This document shows positions 17,771-25,351 of a stretch of 64,000 nucleotides of DNA, piece by piece; position 1 is the stretch's first letter, and the number at the start of each line of letters is the position of its first letter. The notes under the pieces were generated by a model that did no database searches, was not told the origin of the DNA, and was given only the letters and a program-made list of their open reading frames with translations. Location of the stretch: assembly GCA_043747615.1 (NCBI GenBank), contig JAYTOU010000007.1, forward strand, positions 35,606 through 99,605. The letters run 5' to 3'. The translations under genes and the position numbers were made by a program. This DNA is from Myxococcales bacterium. GTDB taxonomy: Bacteria > Myxococcota_A > Polyangia > Polyangiales > Polyangiaceae.

Positions 17771-18343
17771 ATGCCCCGCTCCGTACGCAGTGACGCACGC
17801 CCGCATCTCACACCTCCACCCGCGGCGACCAGCCCGGCGACGCCCCCTCCGCCTTCACCGCGCTTCGAAATCGGTGAAAAAGCGGTGCATCCGTCGCACG
17901 GAGTCGGCGAGGTCACGGCGATCGAGCGCAGAAATCTAGGTGGTACCGACGGCCTCTTTTACACGCTGCGCATTCTCGACAACGGAATCAAGGTGATGGT
18001 CCCTGTCGAAGCCGCGACGAACGTCGGCTTACGCCGCATCATGAGCCCCAGCGAAGCCAACGCCGTCCTCGACACCATGCGCGCCCGCGAAGTGGCCGTC
18101 GACGTCCAGCCCTGGAGCCGCCGTTTCCGCGCCTACACGGAGATGATGCAGAGCGGAGCTCCGCTCGAAATCGCCAAAGTCCTCCGCGACATGCACCGCC
18201 TGAGGTTCGACAAAAATCTGAGCTTCGGTGAGCGACGCCTGCTCGATCAGGCCAAGAGCCTGCTCTTCAAGGAGCTCGCGCTCGCCAAGAAGATGCCGGA
18301 AGACGCCCTCGCTCACGAAGTAGCCGAGATGTTCGTCGCCTAG
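17771..18343 (+). CDS. carD: CarD/CdnL family transcription factor with a Pro-rich N-terminal extension
   Basis: FEIGEKAVHPSHGVG, VMVPV...VGLR, WSRRFR and LSFGERRLLDQAKSLL motifs; no AT-hook tail. Confidence 0.9.
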   Translation: MPRSVRSDARPHLTPPPAATSPATPPPPSPRFEIGEKAVHPSHGVGEVTAIERRNLGGTDGLFYTLRILDNGIKVMVPVEAATNVGLRRIMSPSEANAVLDTMRAREVAVDVQPWSRRFRAYTEMMQSGAPLEIAKVLRDMHRLRFDKNLSFGERRLLDQAKSLLFKELALAKKMPEDALAHEVAEMFVA

Positions 18344-18399
18344 TCTTCCCGGGTTTTTCCCGCGGCGAAGTCGCCAAATAAAGGCAGCGATCTATTCGC

Positions 18400-18427
18400 G
18401 CAACTCTCCCCCCGTCGCGGCCGATGG
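18400..18427 (+). promoter_or_regulatory. Possible sigma28-like promoter for the translocon-like cassette
   Basis: GCCGAT at 18420-18425 with a weak GCAAC -35 at 18400; SD GAGGAG precedes ATG 18467. Confidence 0.3.
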
Positions 18428-18466
18428 GGGTCTGTAGGGCACGCAGCCCTCGAGGAGAAAAGCGCG

Positions 18467-18676
18467 ATGACCATGACGAATTCCGAAACCCAGCTTGCCG
18501 CGATGGAGCAAGAGCTCGCCCGCCAGGACGCGGAGTTGGCGATTGCCCGCGAGCAGCTCAGTGCGCTCGGCGACTGCGAGCTTGGGATTGCAGCGGAGAT
18601 CCTCCGCCAGATCGACGACGCATGCGTGGTGCACGTGTCGACAACCCTTCCGTTCCACAGCGGCCTTCGGGCCTAA
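18467..18676 (+). CDS. Small acidic coiled-coil protein in the LcrG/tip-chaperone position
   Basis: 69 aa; heptad-like LAAMEQELARQDAELAIAREQL; strong SD; first gene of the cassette. Confidence 0.6.
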   Translation: MTMTNSETQLAAMEQELARQDAELAIAREQLSALGDCELGIAAEILRQIDDACVVHVSTTLPFHSGLRA

Positions 18677-18688
18677 GGAGATTTCGTC

Positions 18689-19372
18689 ATGAGCATTCAA
18701 CCTTTTGGCATGAGCGGCACTGGACCGACCCAGGGCGTAGACCCGAGCAACTTCATCACCCCTGATTCCTTGATGGCCTACTGCGAGTCCCGCATGTCGA
18801 GCCTAGACGCCCAGATGAAAATTGCGTTCGTACAACAACAAAAAACAAACAGCGACTCGCAAGCGCTCACGTGGCTCCAGTCGGCACTCGCGAACTGCGC
18901 TCAGGGCGGTATCGCCAAGACCGACGCCCCGAACAACCACGCTGGCAGCGATCTCGTGCGGGCCTTCGAGGTTACCATCAACAAGGTCGGCCGCGACACC
19001 GAGCTGGGCAGGAAGCTCGTCGCGCAGCAGCACGCGTTCATGACGGAAGTGGGCGGAAATCTCCAAGCCTCCTACGATGACGGCAGCATTTGGGCGGATC
19101 CGGCACTCTCGCATTCCGAGATCCGGATCGGCGGACCGACGACCGGACCGCGCGACGACGGCGACGTTAAAACGATAAGCGGCGAGCGCGTCCAGACGTA
19201 CGTAGGCACGCTCAAGAACGAGCAGTCAGATCTGACAGGCGGCGCGGAGCTGAACATGATTAACCTCCAGGCGATCATGTCGCAGCGCCAAACAGCCATC
19301 CAACTCACGACGAACCTCGTTCAATCGCTCGGCGATTCTTCGAACAAGATCGCCGCCAACATCGGTCACTGA
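18689..19372 (+). CDS. Type III secretion tip/filament-like protein (Bsp22/EspA-like C-terminus)
   Basis: Helical, no Sec signal; C-terminus ELNMINLQAIMSQRQTAIQLTTNLVQSLGDSSNKIAANIG resembles T3SS tip-filament polymerisation helices; SD AAGGAG. Confidence 0.65.
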   Translation: MSIQPFGMSGTGPTQGVDPSNFITPDSLMAYCESRMSSLDAQMKIAFVQQQKTNSDSQALTWLQSALANCAQGGIAKTDAPNNHAGSDLVRAFEVTINKVGRDTELGRKLVAQQHAFMTEVGGNLQASYDDGSIWADPALSHSEIRIGGPTTGPRDDGDVKTISGERVQTYVGTLKNEQSDLTGGAELNMINLQAIMSQRQTAIQLTTNLVQSLGDSSNKIAANIGH

Positions 19373-19381
19373 GGAAGAGCG

Positions 19382-19747
19382 ATGGACTCTAAGCGTGCAG
19401 TAGACACCCTGTTTGCAACGGCACATTGGCTCCTTTCCGAGGAGCGTCCCAGAGACGCGGCGTGTGTGCTGCGCGCGATGGTCCTCGCGTCGCCCGGCGA
19501 CGAGCGTGGCTGGCTCGGACTCGGCGCTTGCCACGAGGCTCTCGAGCAGTCCGAAATCGCCCTCGAGATGTACGGCACCGGCCGCGTTTTTGCGCACCCT
19601 AGCCCGCGCTGTGAGATCGCTCGGGCGCGGGTCTTTCGCGGCTTGGGGCAGGACGACAAAGCAGACGAGGCGCTCGAAAGGGCCTCAGAACTCACGTGCG
19701 ACGACGACGTCGAGGCATTACTTCAAGGGGAACGGAGGGCAGCATGA
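19382..19747 (+). CDS. SycD/LcrH-like TPR (class II) translocator chaperone
   Basis: 121 aa, acidic; TPR pattern LFATAHWLL...A...LRAMVLASPGDERGWLGLGACHEALEQSEIALEMY. Confidence 0.75.
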   Translation: MDSKRAVDTLFATAHWLLSEERPRDAACVLRAMVLASPGDERGWLGLGACHEALEQSEIALEMYGTGRVFAHPSPRCEIARARVFRGLGQDDKADEALERASELTCDDDVEALLQGERRAA

Positions 19748-20751
19748 CTATGTCCATTTCGCCGTACGTTGTTCAACCAGCCGCCATCGCTCCAGTCGGC
19801 TTTGCTGCCGCCGCGACTGGTCGGCCTTCGCTCTTGCCTGACGCGGGCTCGCTGTCCATCGACGGGATCAACGACGCCATGAGCATGATTTACGCTTTGA
19901 TGTCGAAGCAGTCTCGGAATGACGTCGATTCAGGAACGGCGTCCCTCAAAGGAAAGCAGGGCCTTCGAAAAACGCACGAGGCCGAAGCGAAGGCCGCCCG
20001 CGAACGCCAGCAAAAGGCGGACGGCGACGGCAGCCGCGGCTTCTTCTCGTCAATTGGCCATCTCTTAGGAGACATCGTCCACAACGTCACGACACTCCAC
20101 GTTCAGGATCTGCTCACCGACGCGAAAGACGACGTGGTCGATGCCGCGAACAGCCCCAAGTTCTGGAAGGATCTCGAGTCCGGCGGGAAAGTAATCGGCG
20201 AGGTCGCCGCCTTGGTGGGCTCGGCCGTCGCCACAGGCCTGACGTTCGGTGCCGCGGCTCCCGCGCTCGTGGTCGTGACCTGCATTGGGCTGTCGATGAT
20301 GGCGGCAGGGATCGTGGAGTCGAAGGTGCACTACCTCGAAGCGATGGGAATGGATGACAAGACGGCGGGCGCGTTCGGATTGGGGCTCAGCATCGGAGGT
20401 GCGGCTCTCACCTTCGGAGCCGGCGCGGCTGCCGGAGCTGGGGTGGCGAGTGGGTCCGTGTCTTCTTTTGCAACCAAAGGCATGATCGCAGCCGATCTTT
20501 TGGCAGCCGAGGGCGGCATCGTCGAAGGCACGGCGCACATCGAGGTCGGTCAGTACGAAGGCCACTCCCGAGAGGCCGGCGCCGACATGACGCAAGCAAA
20601 GCAGGCGATCGCGCGCAGCCAGCGCCTTATCGAAGATCTGCTCGACGCGGTGAAAGACATCAACGACTCGCACAAGCACGCTCTTGGAACTCTTCAGGGC
20701 GCAATGAAAACCAACTCACAGACACTGGTCATAGCCAGCACGAGGGCATGA
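19744..20751 (+). CDS. Major translocator-like protein (SctE: YopB/IpaB/SseC-like)
   Basis: No signal peptide; N-terminal coiled coil ending SRGFFSSIG; two long Gly/Ala-rich hydrophobic segments; C-terminal coiled coil; ATGA overlap with the chaperone. Confidence 0.7.
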   Translation: MTMSISPYVVQPAAIAPVGFAAAATGRPSLLPDAGSLSIDGINDAMSMIYALMSKQSRNDVDSGTASLKGKQGLRKTHEAEAKAARERQQKADGDGSRGFFSSIGHLLGDIVHNVTTLHVQDLLTDAKDDVVDAANSPKFWKDLESGGKVIGEVAALVGSAVATGLTFGAAAPALVVVTCIGLSMMAAGIVESKVHYLEAMGMDDKTAGAFGLGLSIGGAALTFGAGAAAGAGVASGSVSSFATKGMIAADLLAAEGGIVEGTAHIEVGQYEGHSREAGADMTQAKQAIARSQRLIEDLLDAVKDINDSHKHALGTLQGAMKTNSQTLVIASTRA

Positions 20752-21386
20752 TGAGCACACTCACGATTACTACCGGTCAGGTCGGCAACATCATCTCCGG
20801 AGCAAACCCCGGCGCCGCTGGTTCAGGCTCCTCGGAACCTGCGAGCCTGCTTCCTGGACCTGAATCGAGCCTCGAGCAGAGCGGTGACCCAAGCGCTTTG
20901 CTCGCGGTCCTCACAATGAAAACGGCCAAGATGGATCGCGAGGCGCACACCGCGATGCGCCGTTCTGAGGAAGCTACCCAGGACAAGGCGGAAACCGCAC
21001 AGGTCTCGGCACTTCGCGACGAGGCCCATGACGCTCGAGTGGGGGCGTGGGTCTCCGGCCTCGCGACCATCGGGTCTGCAGCCGCAAGCGCGGCTGGGGC
21101 GGGCGCGGCGGCGGGCGGCGCCCGAGCAATCGCGAGCGGGATCGCTGCGGAAGCGCTCAAAGGAGCCGGACAGGTGAGCGACGGAATGTCGAAGGCCGAC
21201 GAAATATTGAACGACGCGAAGGCAACGGAAGCCGAGCAGCTCGCGAATCACGCCAAGCGCGCAGTCGGCGACGAACGTGACGCAGTGAAAGACGCGAAGG
21301 ACCTCATGGACAAGGCAATCGAATTTTTCAAAGAGTATTCGAGCGGGAAAAACCAGGCGATGGCCGCGGCTACGCATCGCGCGTGA
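20748..21386 (+). CDS. Minor translocator-like protein (SctB: YopD/IpaC/SseD-like)
   Basis: One central hydrophobic segment (GAWVSGLATIGSAAASAAGAG), flanking coiled coils and a C-terminal amphipathic helix LMDKAIEFFKEY; ATGA overlap. Confidence 0.65.
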   Translation: MMSTLTITTGQVGNIISGANPGAAGSGSSEPASLLPGPESSLEQSGDPSALLAVLTMKTAKMDREAHTAMRRSEEATQDKAETAQVSALRDEAHDARVGAWVSGLATIGSAAASAAGAGAAAGGARAIASGIAAEALKGAGQVSDGMSKADEILNDAKATEAEQLANHAKRAVGDERDAVKDAKDLMDKAIEFFKEYSSGKNQAMAAATHRA

Positions 21387-21407
21387 TCTTGTGCGATAAG
21401 CGAGTCG

Positions 21408-21965
21408 ATGAAAATCTACACGAAGACCGGTGACGACGGGACGACAGGGCTCTTCGGCGGAGCCCGAGTCAAAAAGGCCAGCGTGCGCGTCGACGCGTAC
21501 GGCACGGTGGACGAGCTCAATGCGGCGATCGGTATCGCACGAGCAACAAAGCTGGAGACGATGACCGACGAGATCGTCGGACACGTGCAAGTCGATCTCT
21601 TTACGCTCGGCGCCGAGCTTGCGTGCGTGCCCGGAAAAGAAGGAAAGCTCTCGATGAGCCTCGTGAGCCCGGACGACAGCGCGCGCCTCGAGCGAGCGAT
21701 TGACGCGTCCGAGGAAGGACTACCGCCGCTCACGAACTTCATTCTTCCGGGCGGGAGCGCCCAAGCCGCCGCTCTGCATCTTGCGCGCACGATCTGTCGC
21801 CGTGCGGAGCGAGCGGTGCTCTTGATTGACGAGCCGGCGCCGCGCGCGGAGATCGTGATCTACCTCAATCGGCTGAGTGATCTGCTCTTCGTCCTCGCAC
21901 GCCGCGCGAACCACATGATCGGCGTCGCCGACGTTCCATGGATCGCACGCGCCAAAAACTCTTGA
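21408..21965 (+). CDS. PduO-type ATP:cob(I)alamin adenosyltransferase
   Basis: MKIYTKTGDDGTTGL, AYGTVDELN, FILPGG, ARTICRRAER and YLNRLSDLLF. Confidence 0.95.
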   Translation: MKIYTKTGDDGTTGLFGGARVKKASVRVDAYGTVDELNAAIGIARATKLETMTDEIVGHVQVDLFTLGAELACVPGKEGKLSMSLVSPDDSARLERAIDASEEGLPPLTNFILPGGSAQAAALHLARTICRRAERAVLLIDEPAPRAEIVIYLNRLSDLLFVLARRANHMIGVADVPWIARAKNS

Positions 21966-21966
21966 T

Positions 21967-22557
21967 CTAAGCGGCCGCTCGGCGGAACGCGTCGGAGCTC
22001 TCTTCGAGTTTCGCAGCGAGCATCTTGCGACCGCGGTGAAGGCGGCTCATCACGGTACCCACAGGGACTCCCAGCTCGACCGCCGCTTCTCGGTAAGAGT
22101 GCTCGCCGAGATCGATGAGCATGACCACCGCGCGAAAGCAGATCGGAAGCGCATTCAGCTTCTCCATCGTCGACGGGGTGAGCCTTGCGTGCTGCTCGGG
22201 ACTGCCGAAAGCCTGCGGGGCCGTCCACGCGCAAGGGTCCGCTGCGAGCACGCGCAGAGCGCTGCGTTCCCGCCGTTGGCGGCGGTAGCGGGTCACGAAT
22301 ACGCTGAAGAGAATCTGGTAAGCCCATGCGCGGAGGTTCGTCCCGAGCTCGTATTGCGGCGCGAAACGGAGAGCGCGCTCGATCGTGTCTTGGACGACGT
22401 CATCGGCGAGAGCGGCGTGGGCCGTCAGGCGCAGCGCCCGTCCGCGTAGCTCCGGAACAAGAAGGACGAGCCCGCGCTCGAGCCCCTGCGCGTCGTGCGC
22501 GACGAGGGTGCTTCTCGGTTGGATTCGGTGGGGCGCTTCGATCTTGTGAGCCTGCAT
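21967..22557 (-). CDS. ECF-type RNA polymerase sigma factor
   Basis: Region 2 ADDVVQDT and NLRAWAYQI; region 4 SYREAA.ELGVPVGTVMSRLHRGR; SD GGAGG. Confidence 0.92.
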   Translation of the reverse strand: MQAHKIEAPHRIQPRSTLVAHDAQGLERGLVLLVPELRGRALRLTAHAALADDVVQDTIERALRFAPQYELGTNLRAWAYQILFSVFVTRYRRQRRERSALRVLAADPCAWTAPQAFGSPEQHARLTPSTMEKLNALPICFRAVVMLIDLGEHSYREAAVELGVPVGTVMSRLHRGRKMLAAKLEESSDAFRRAAA

Positions 22558-22579
22558 GGTGTCCTCCGCAGCTCACTTG

Positions 22580-22595
22580 AGCAACGTCGGTGCCG
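22580..22595 (-). promoter_or_regulatory. Sigma54 (-24/-12) promoter upstream of the ECF sigma gene
   Basis: Minus strand CGGCAC-CGACG-TTGCT with exact GG-N10-GC spacing, 22 nt before the ATG. Confidence 0.7.
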
Positions 22596-22673
22596 GCCGA
22601 GGACAGATGAATTCGCGCTGTCTATCGCATTTTTGAGTGCGTCGTGTGTGTCAAAGCGGACAACCGGCGTGGG

Positions 22674-24215
22674 TCACCGTCTCCGTTCGCGGAGGAGCTC
22701 GCCGAAAATCGTGGGCACGAGATCAGCGATTTCCGATGCGAGCAGACCGCGGTCCGCGTGCGTCTTGCTCCAGAGCTCCGCCACCGCGGCGTGGAGGTAG
22801 ACGCCGGCACACGCGGCCTCGAAGGCGTCGAGCGAGCAGAGAAGCGCGCCGATGATTCCCGCGAGCACGTCGCCCGACCCCGCCGTGGCGAGCGCCGGTG
22901 TTCCGCCTCCGTTGATGACCATCCGACCCTCAGGTCGGGCGACGATGGTGCGTGCTCCCTTGAGCACGACGACCGAGCGGGTGCGCGTGGAGAGTGCCTG
23001 TGCGGCGCCAAAGCGGTCGGCTTCCACGGCGTCGGACGTCGACCCGAGAAGCCGCGCCAACTCGCCGGAATGAGGGGTGAGCACGCGAGCGCTAGGAGAG
23101 TGACCGACCAGCGACAGATCGCGCGCGACGAGAGTCAGCGCATCGGCGTCGAGCACCAGCGGTCCGGTCCATGTCGAGAGCACATGCTCGACGGCGTGTC
23201 TTGCGCTCTCATCGAGGCCGAAACCAGGACCGAGGACGACGGCGCGCTTGTGGGCGAGGGCGGCGTCCAGCGTGTTGGCGATGTCGTTGCGGTCGATGCG
23301 CGCGCACATCACCTCAAGCACGCGTGACTCGATTGACGCTGCCGCCTCGGACCACGTCGCGATCGTTGCCGCGCCCGCGCCGGCGCGAAGGACGCCGCGC
23401 GCAACGAGCAGTGAAGCCCCTATTTTTCCAGGTGATCCGCTGAGCACCGCGACGTGGCCGGCGGAATATTTGTGAGTGTCGATCGGACGCGCGCGGAGCC
23501 AAGTCGCGACGTCTGCGCGTTCGAGAAGATCGGCTGACGAGCCCACCGTCGAGGGCACGTCTCCCGGAACACCGATTCCCACGACGAGGATTTCGCCGGC
23601 GTGCACCGCGCCGCGCGAGGTGAGAAGGCCCAGCTTGAGATGACCGAAGGTGACCGTGATGTCGGCCTTGAAGGTCGGCCCGAGGGCGACGCCGGTGTCG
23701 GCGTTCATCCCGGAGGGCACGTCCAGCGCGACGCGCGTGGCCGATGACTCATTCATGGCGACCACGGCGTCGGCGGCGAGCCCCTCGATTGGCCGATCGA
23801 GCCCGGTCCCGAAGAGCGCGTCGACGGCGACGACCGCAAAGGTGAGAGCGGTACGCAAAGCCTTCAGATTGCCTTGATTTGCGAGCGACCGAACGACTCC
23901 ACCAAGGGCGACGAATGCGTCGTGGTTGGCGCGCGCGTCGGGCGTCAGCCGAGCGGGGTCACCGCATAGGTACACCTCGAGCGAGCGTGGCTCTGCGAGG
24001 AGATGACGCGCGACGACGAAGCCATCGCCTCCGTTGTTTCCGGTCCCGCATACGATGACGATCGTATCGTCAGACCGCTCGCCAAGGAGACCCTCGATGT
24101 GCTCCGCCGCGCCGCGCCCGGCGTTCTCCATGAGTACCAGGCTGGGCACGTTGGCGACACCAATCGCGTGAGCATCGAACGCGCGCATCTGAGACCGCGA
24201 CAGGACGGGGATCAC
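22674..24215 (-). CDS. nnr: Bifunctional NAD(P)H-hydrate epimerase/dehydratase
   Basis: LMENAG, CGTGNNGGDG, DALFGTG, DVPSG, HKYSAG, TPHSGE and LATAGSGDVL. Confidence 0.95.
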   Translation of the reverse strand: MIPVLSRSQMRAFDAHAIGVANVPSLVLMENAGRGAAEHIEGLLGERSDDTIVIVCGTGNNGGDGFVVARHLLAEPRSLEVYLCGDPARLTPDARANHDAFVALGGVVRSLANQGNLKALRTALTFAVVAVDALFGTGLDRPIEGLAADAVVAMNESSATRVALDVPSGMNADTGVALGPTFKADITVTFGHLKLGLLTSRGAVHAGEILVVGIGVPGDVPSTVGSSADLLERADVATWLRARPIDTHKYSAGHVAVLSGSPGKIGASLLVARGVLRAGAGAATIATWSEAAASIESRVLEVMCARIDRNDIANTLDAALAHKRAVVLGPGFGLDESARHAVEHVLSTWTGPLVLDADALTLVARDLSLVGHSPSARVLTPHSGELARLLGSTSDAVEADRFGAAQALSTRTRSVVVLKGARTIVARPEGRMVINGGGTPALATAGSGDVLAGIIGALLCSLDAFEAACAGVYLHAAVAELWSKTHADRGLLASEIADLVPTIFGELLRERRR

Positions 24216-24589
24216 GGGATCTCGCCCTCCAGGATAACCACGGCCGCGGCAATTCCGCCGTCGTGGGTGATCGTCACGTGCCAGCGCTGGACGCCTGCTT
24301 TCATGGCCAGCGCGAGAGCCGTGCCTTGAAGCTCGAGGCGCGGACGACCACTTCCCATGCGGCGCACCTCGACCTCGTGCCAACCTACGCCGGGCGCACC
24401 GTCCAGCGCTTTTGCGAACGCCTCTTTTGCGGCGAAGCGCCCGGCGAGCGCGGTTGCCGGGTCGCGGCCTGCGAGATCGGTGCGCTCTTTTTCGCTGCAG
24501 ATTCGAGCGAAGAATCGATCGCCATGACGCTCGAGGGCGCGACGCATTCGTTCAATCGAGCAAACGTCGAGGCCAACGCCGAGGATCAT
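24212..24589 (-). CDS. acpS: Holo-[acyl-carrier-protein] synthase
   Basis: MILGVGLDV, AGRFAAKEAFAKAL, SGRP and VTITHD. Confidence 0.95.
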   Translation of the reverse strand: MILGVGLDVCSIERMRRALERHGDRFFARICSEKERTDLAGRDPATALAGRFAAKEAFAKALDGAPGVGWHEVEVRRMGSGRPRLELQGTALALAMKAGVQRWHVTITHDGGIAAAVVILEGEIP

Positions 24590-24618
24590 CCTCGGCGATG
24601 GTACATCAACGAGCGCGA

Positions 24619-25350
24619 TCAGGCGCCGCGCGGGCGACCTTTTGCGATGGCCTCGCGTAGGCTCGTCACCGCCTGGCGAAGCGAGAGAAAGAGCGCGTCC
24701 GAGATCACGGCGTGCCCGATGTTGAGCTCGATGATTTCCGGGATTTTCACCAGATCGACCACGTTTTCTCGAGTGAGACCGTGCCCGGCGGCGACCTCCA
24801 TCCCCAGCCGCTTGCCCAGCTGCGCGGCCTCGGCCAGGCGTTCGAGCTCGACCTTTTTCGCCGCAGGCCCCGGAGCGTGCGCGTACTCGCCGGTGTGGAG
24901 CTCGATCTGCGCGACGCCGAGCTTCGCGGATGCTTCCACTTGCGCTGCGTCGGCGGCGATGAAGAGGCTCACCTTGATCTTTGCATCCTTCAAAGCGTTC
25001 ACGTGAGCGGCGAGCGCGCTCCCACCAGCGATGACGTCGAGGCCCCCCTCGGTCGTTCGCTCCTCGCGGCGCTCGGGTACTATGGTCACCACGTTCGGCA
25101 GAGCCTTGCGAGCGATGGTCACCATCTCCGCCGTTGCTGCCATCTCCAGATTGAAGACCGACGTCAAGAGAGCGCGCAGACCGACCACGTCGGCGTCGCG
25201 GATGTGACGGCGGTCCTCCCGGAGATGCGCAGTGATCCCGTCGGCCCCCGCGAGGAGGCAAATCTGCGCGGCTTCGAGCGGATCAGGATAGGGCGTCCCT
25301 CGGGCGTTTCGGAGGGTCGCCACGTGATCGATATTGATGTGGAGACGCAT
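24619..25350 (-). CDS. pdxJ: Pyridoxine 5'-phosphate synthase
   Basis: NIDHVATLRNAR, HLREDRRHI, TTEGGLD, ELHTG, AGHGL and ELNIGH. Confidence 0.97.
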   Translation of the reverse strand: MRLHINIDHVATLRNARGTPYPDPLEAAQICLLAGADGITAHLREDRRHIRDADVVGLRALLTSVFNLEMAATAEMVTIARKALPNVVTIVPERREERTTEGGLDVIAGGSALAAHVNALKDAKIKVSLFIAADAAQVEASAKLGVAQIELHTGEYAHAPGPAAKKVELERLAEAAQLGKRLGMEVAAGHGLTRENVVDLVKIPEIIELNIGHAVISDALFLSLRQAVTSLREAIAKGRPRGA

Positions 25351-25351
25351 C

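Noticed and set aside
18344..21407. Translocon cassette as a mobile element
   Set aside because: No integrase, transposase, tRNA or flanking direct repeats were visible
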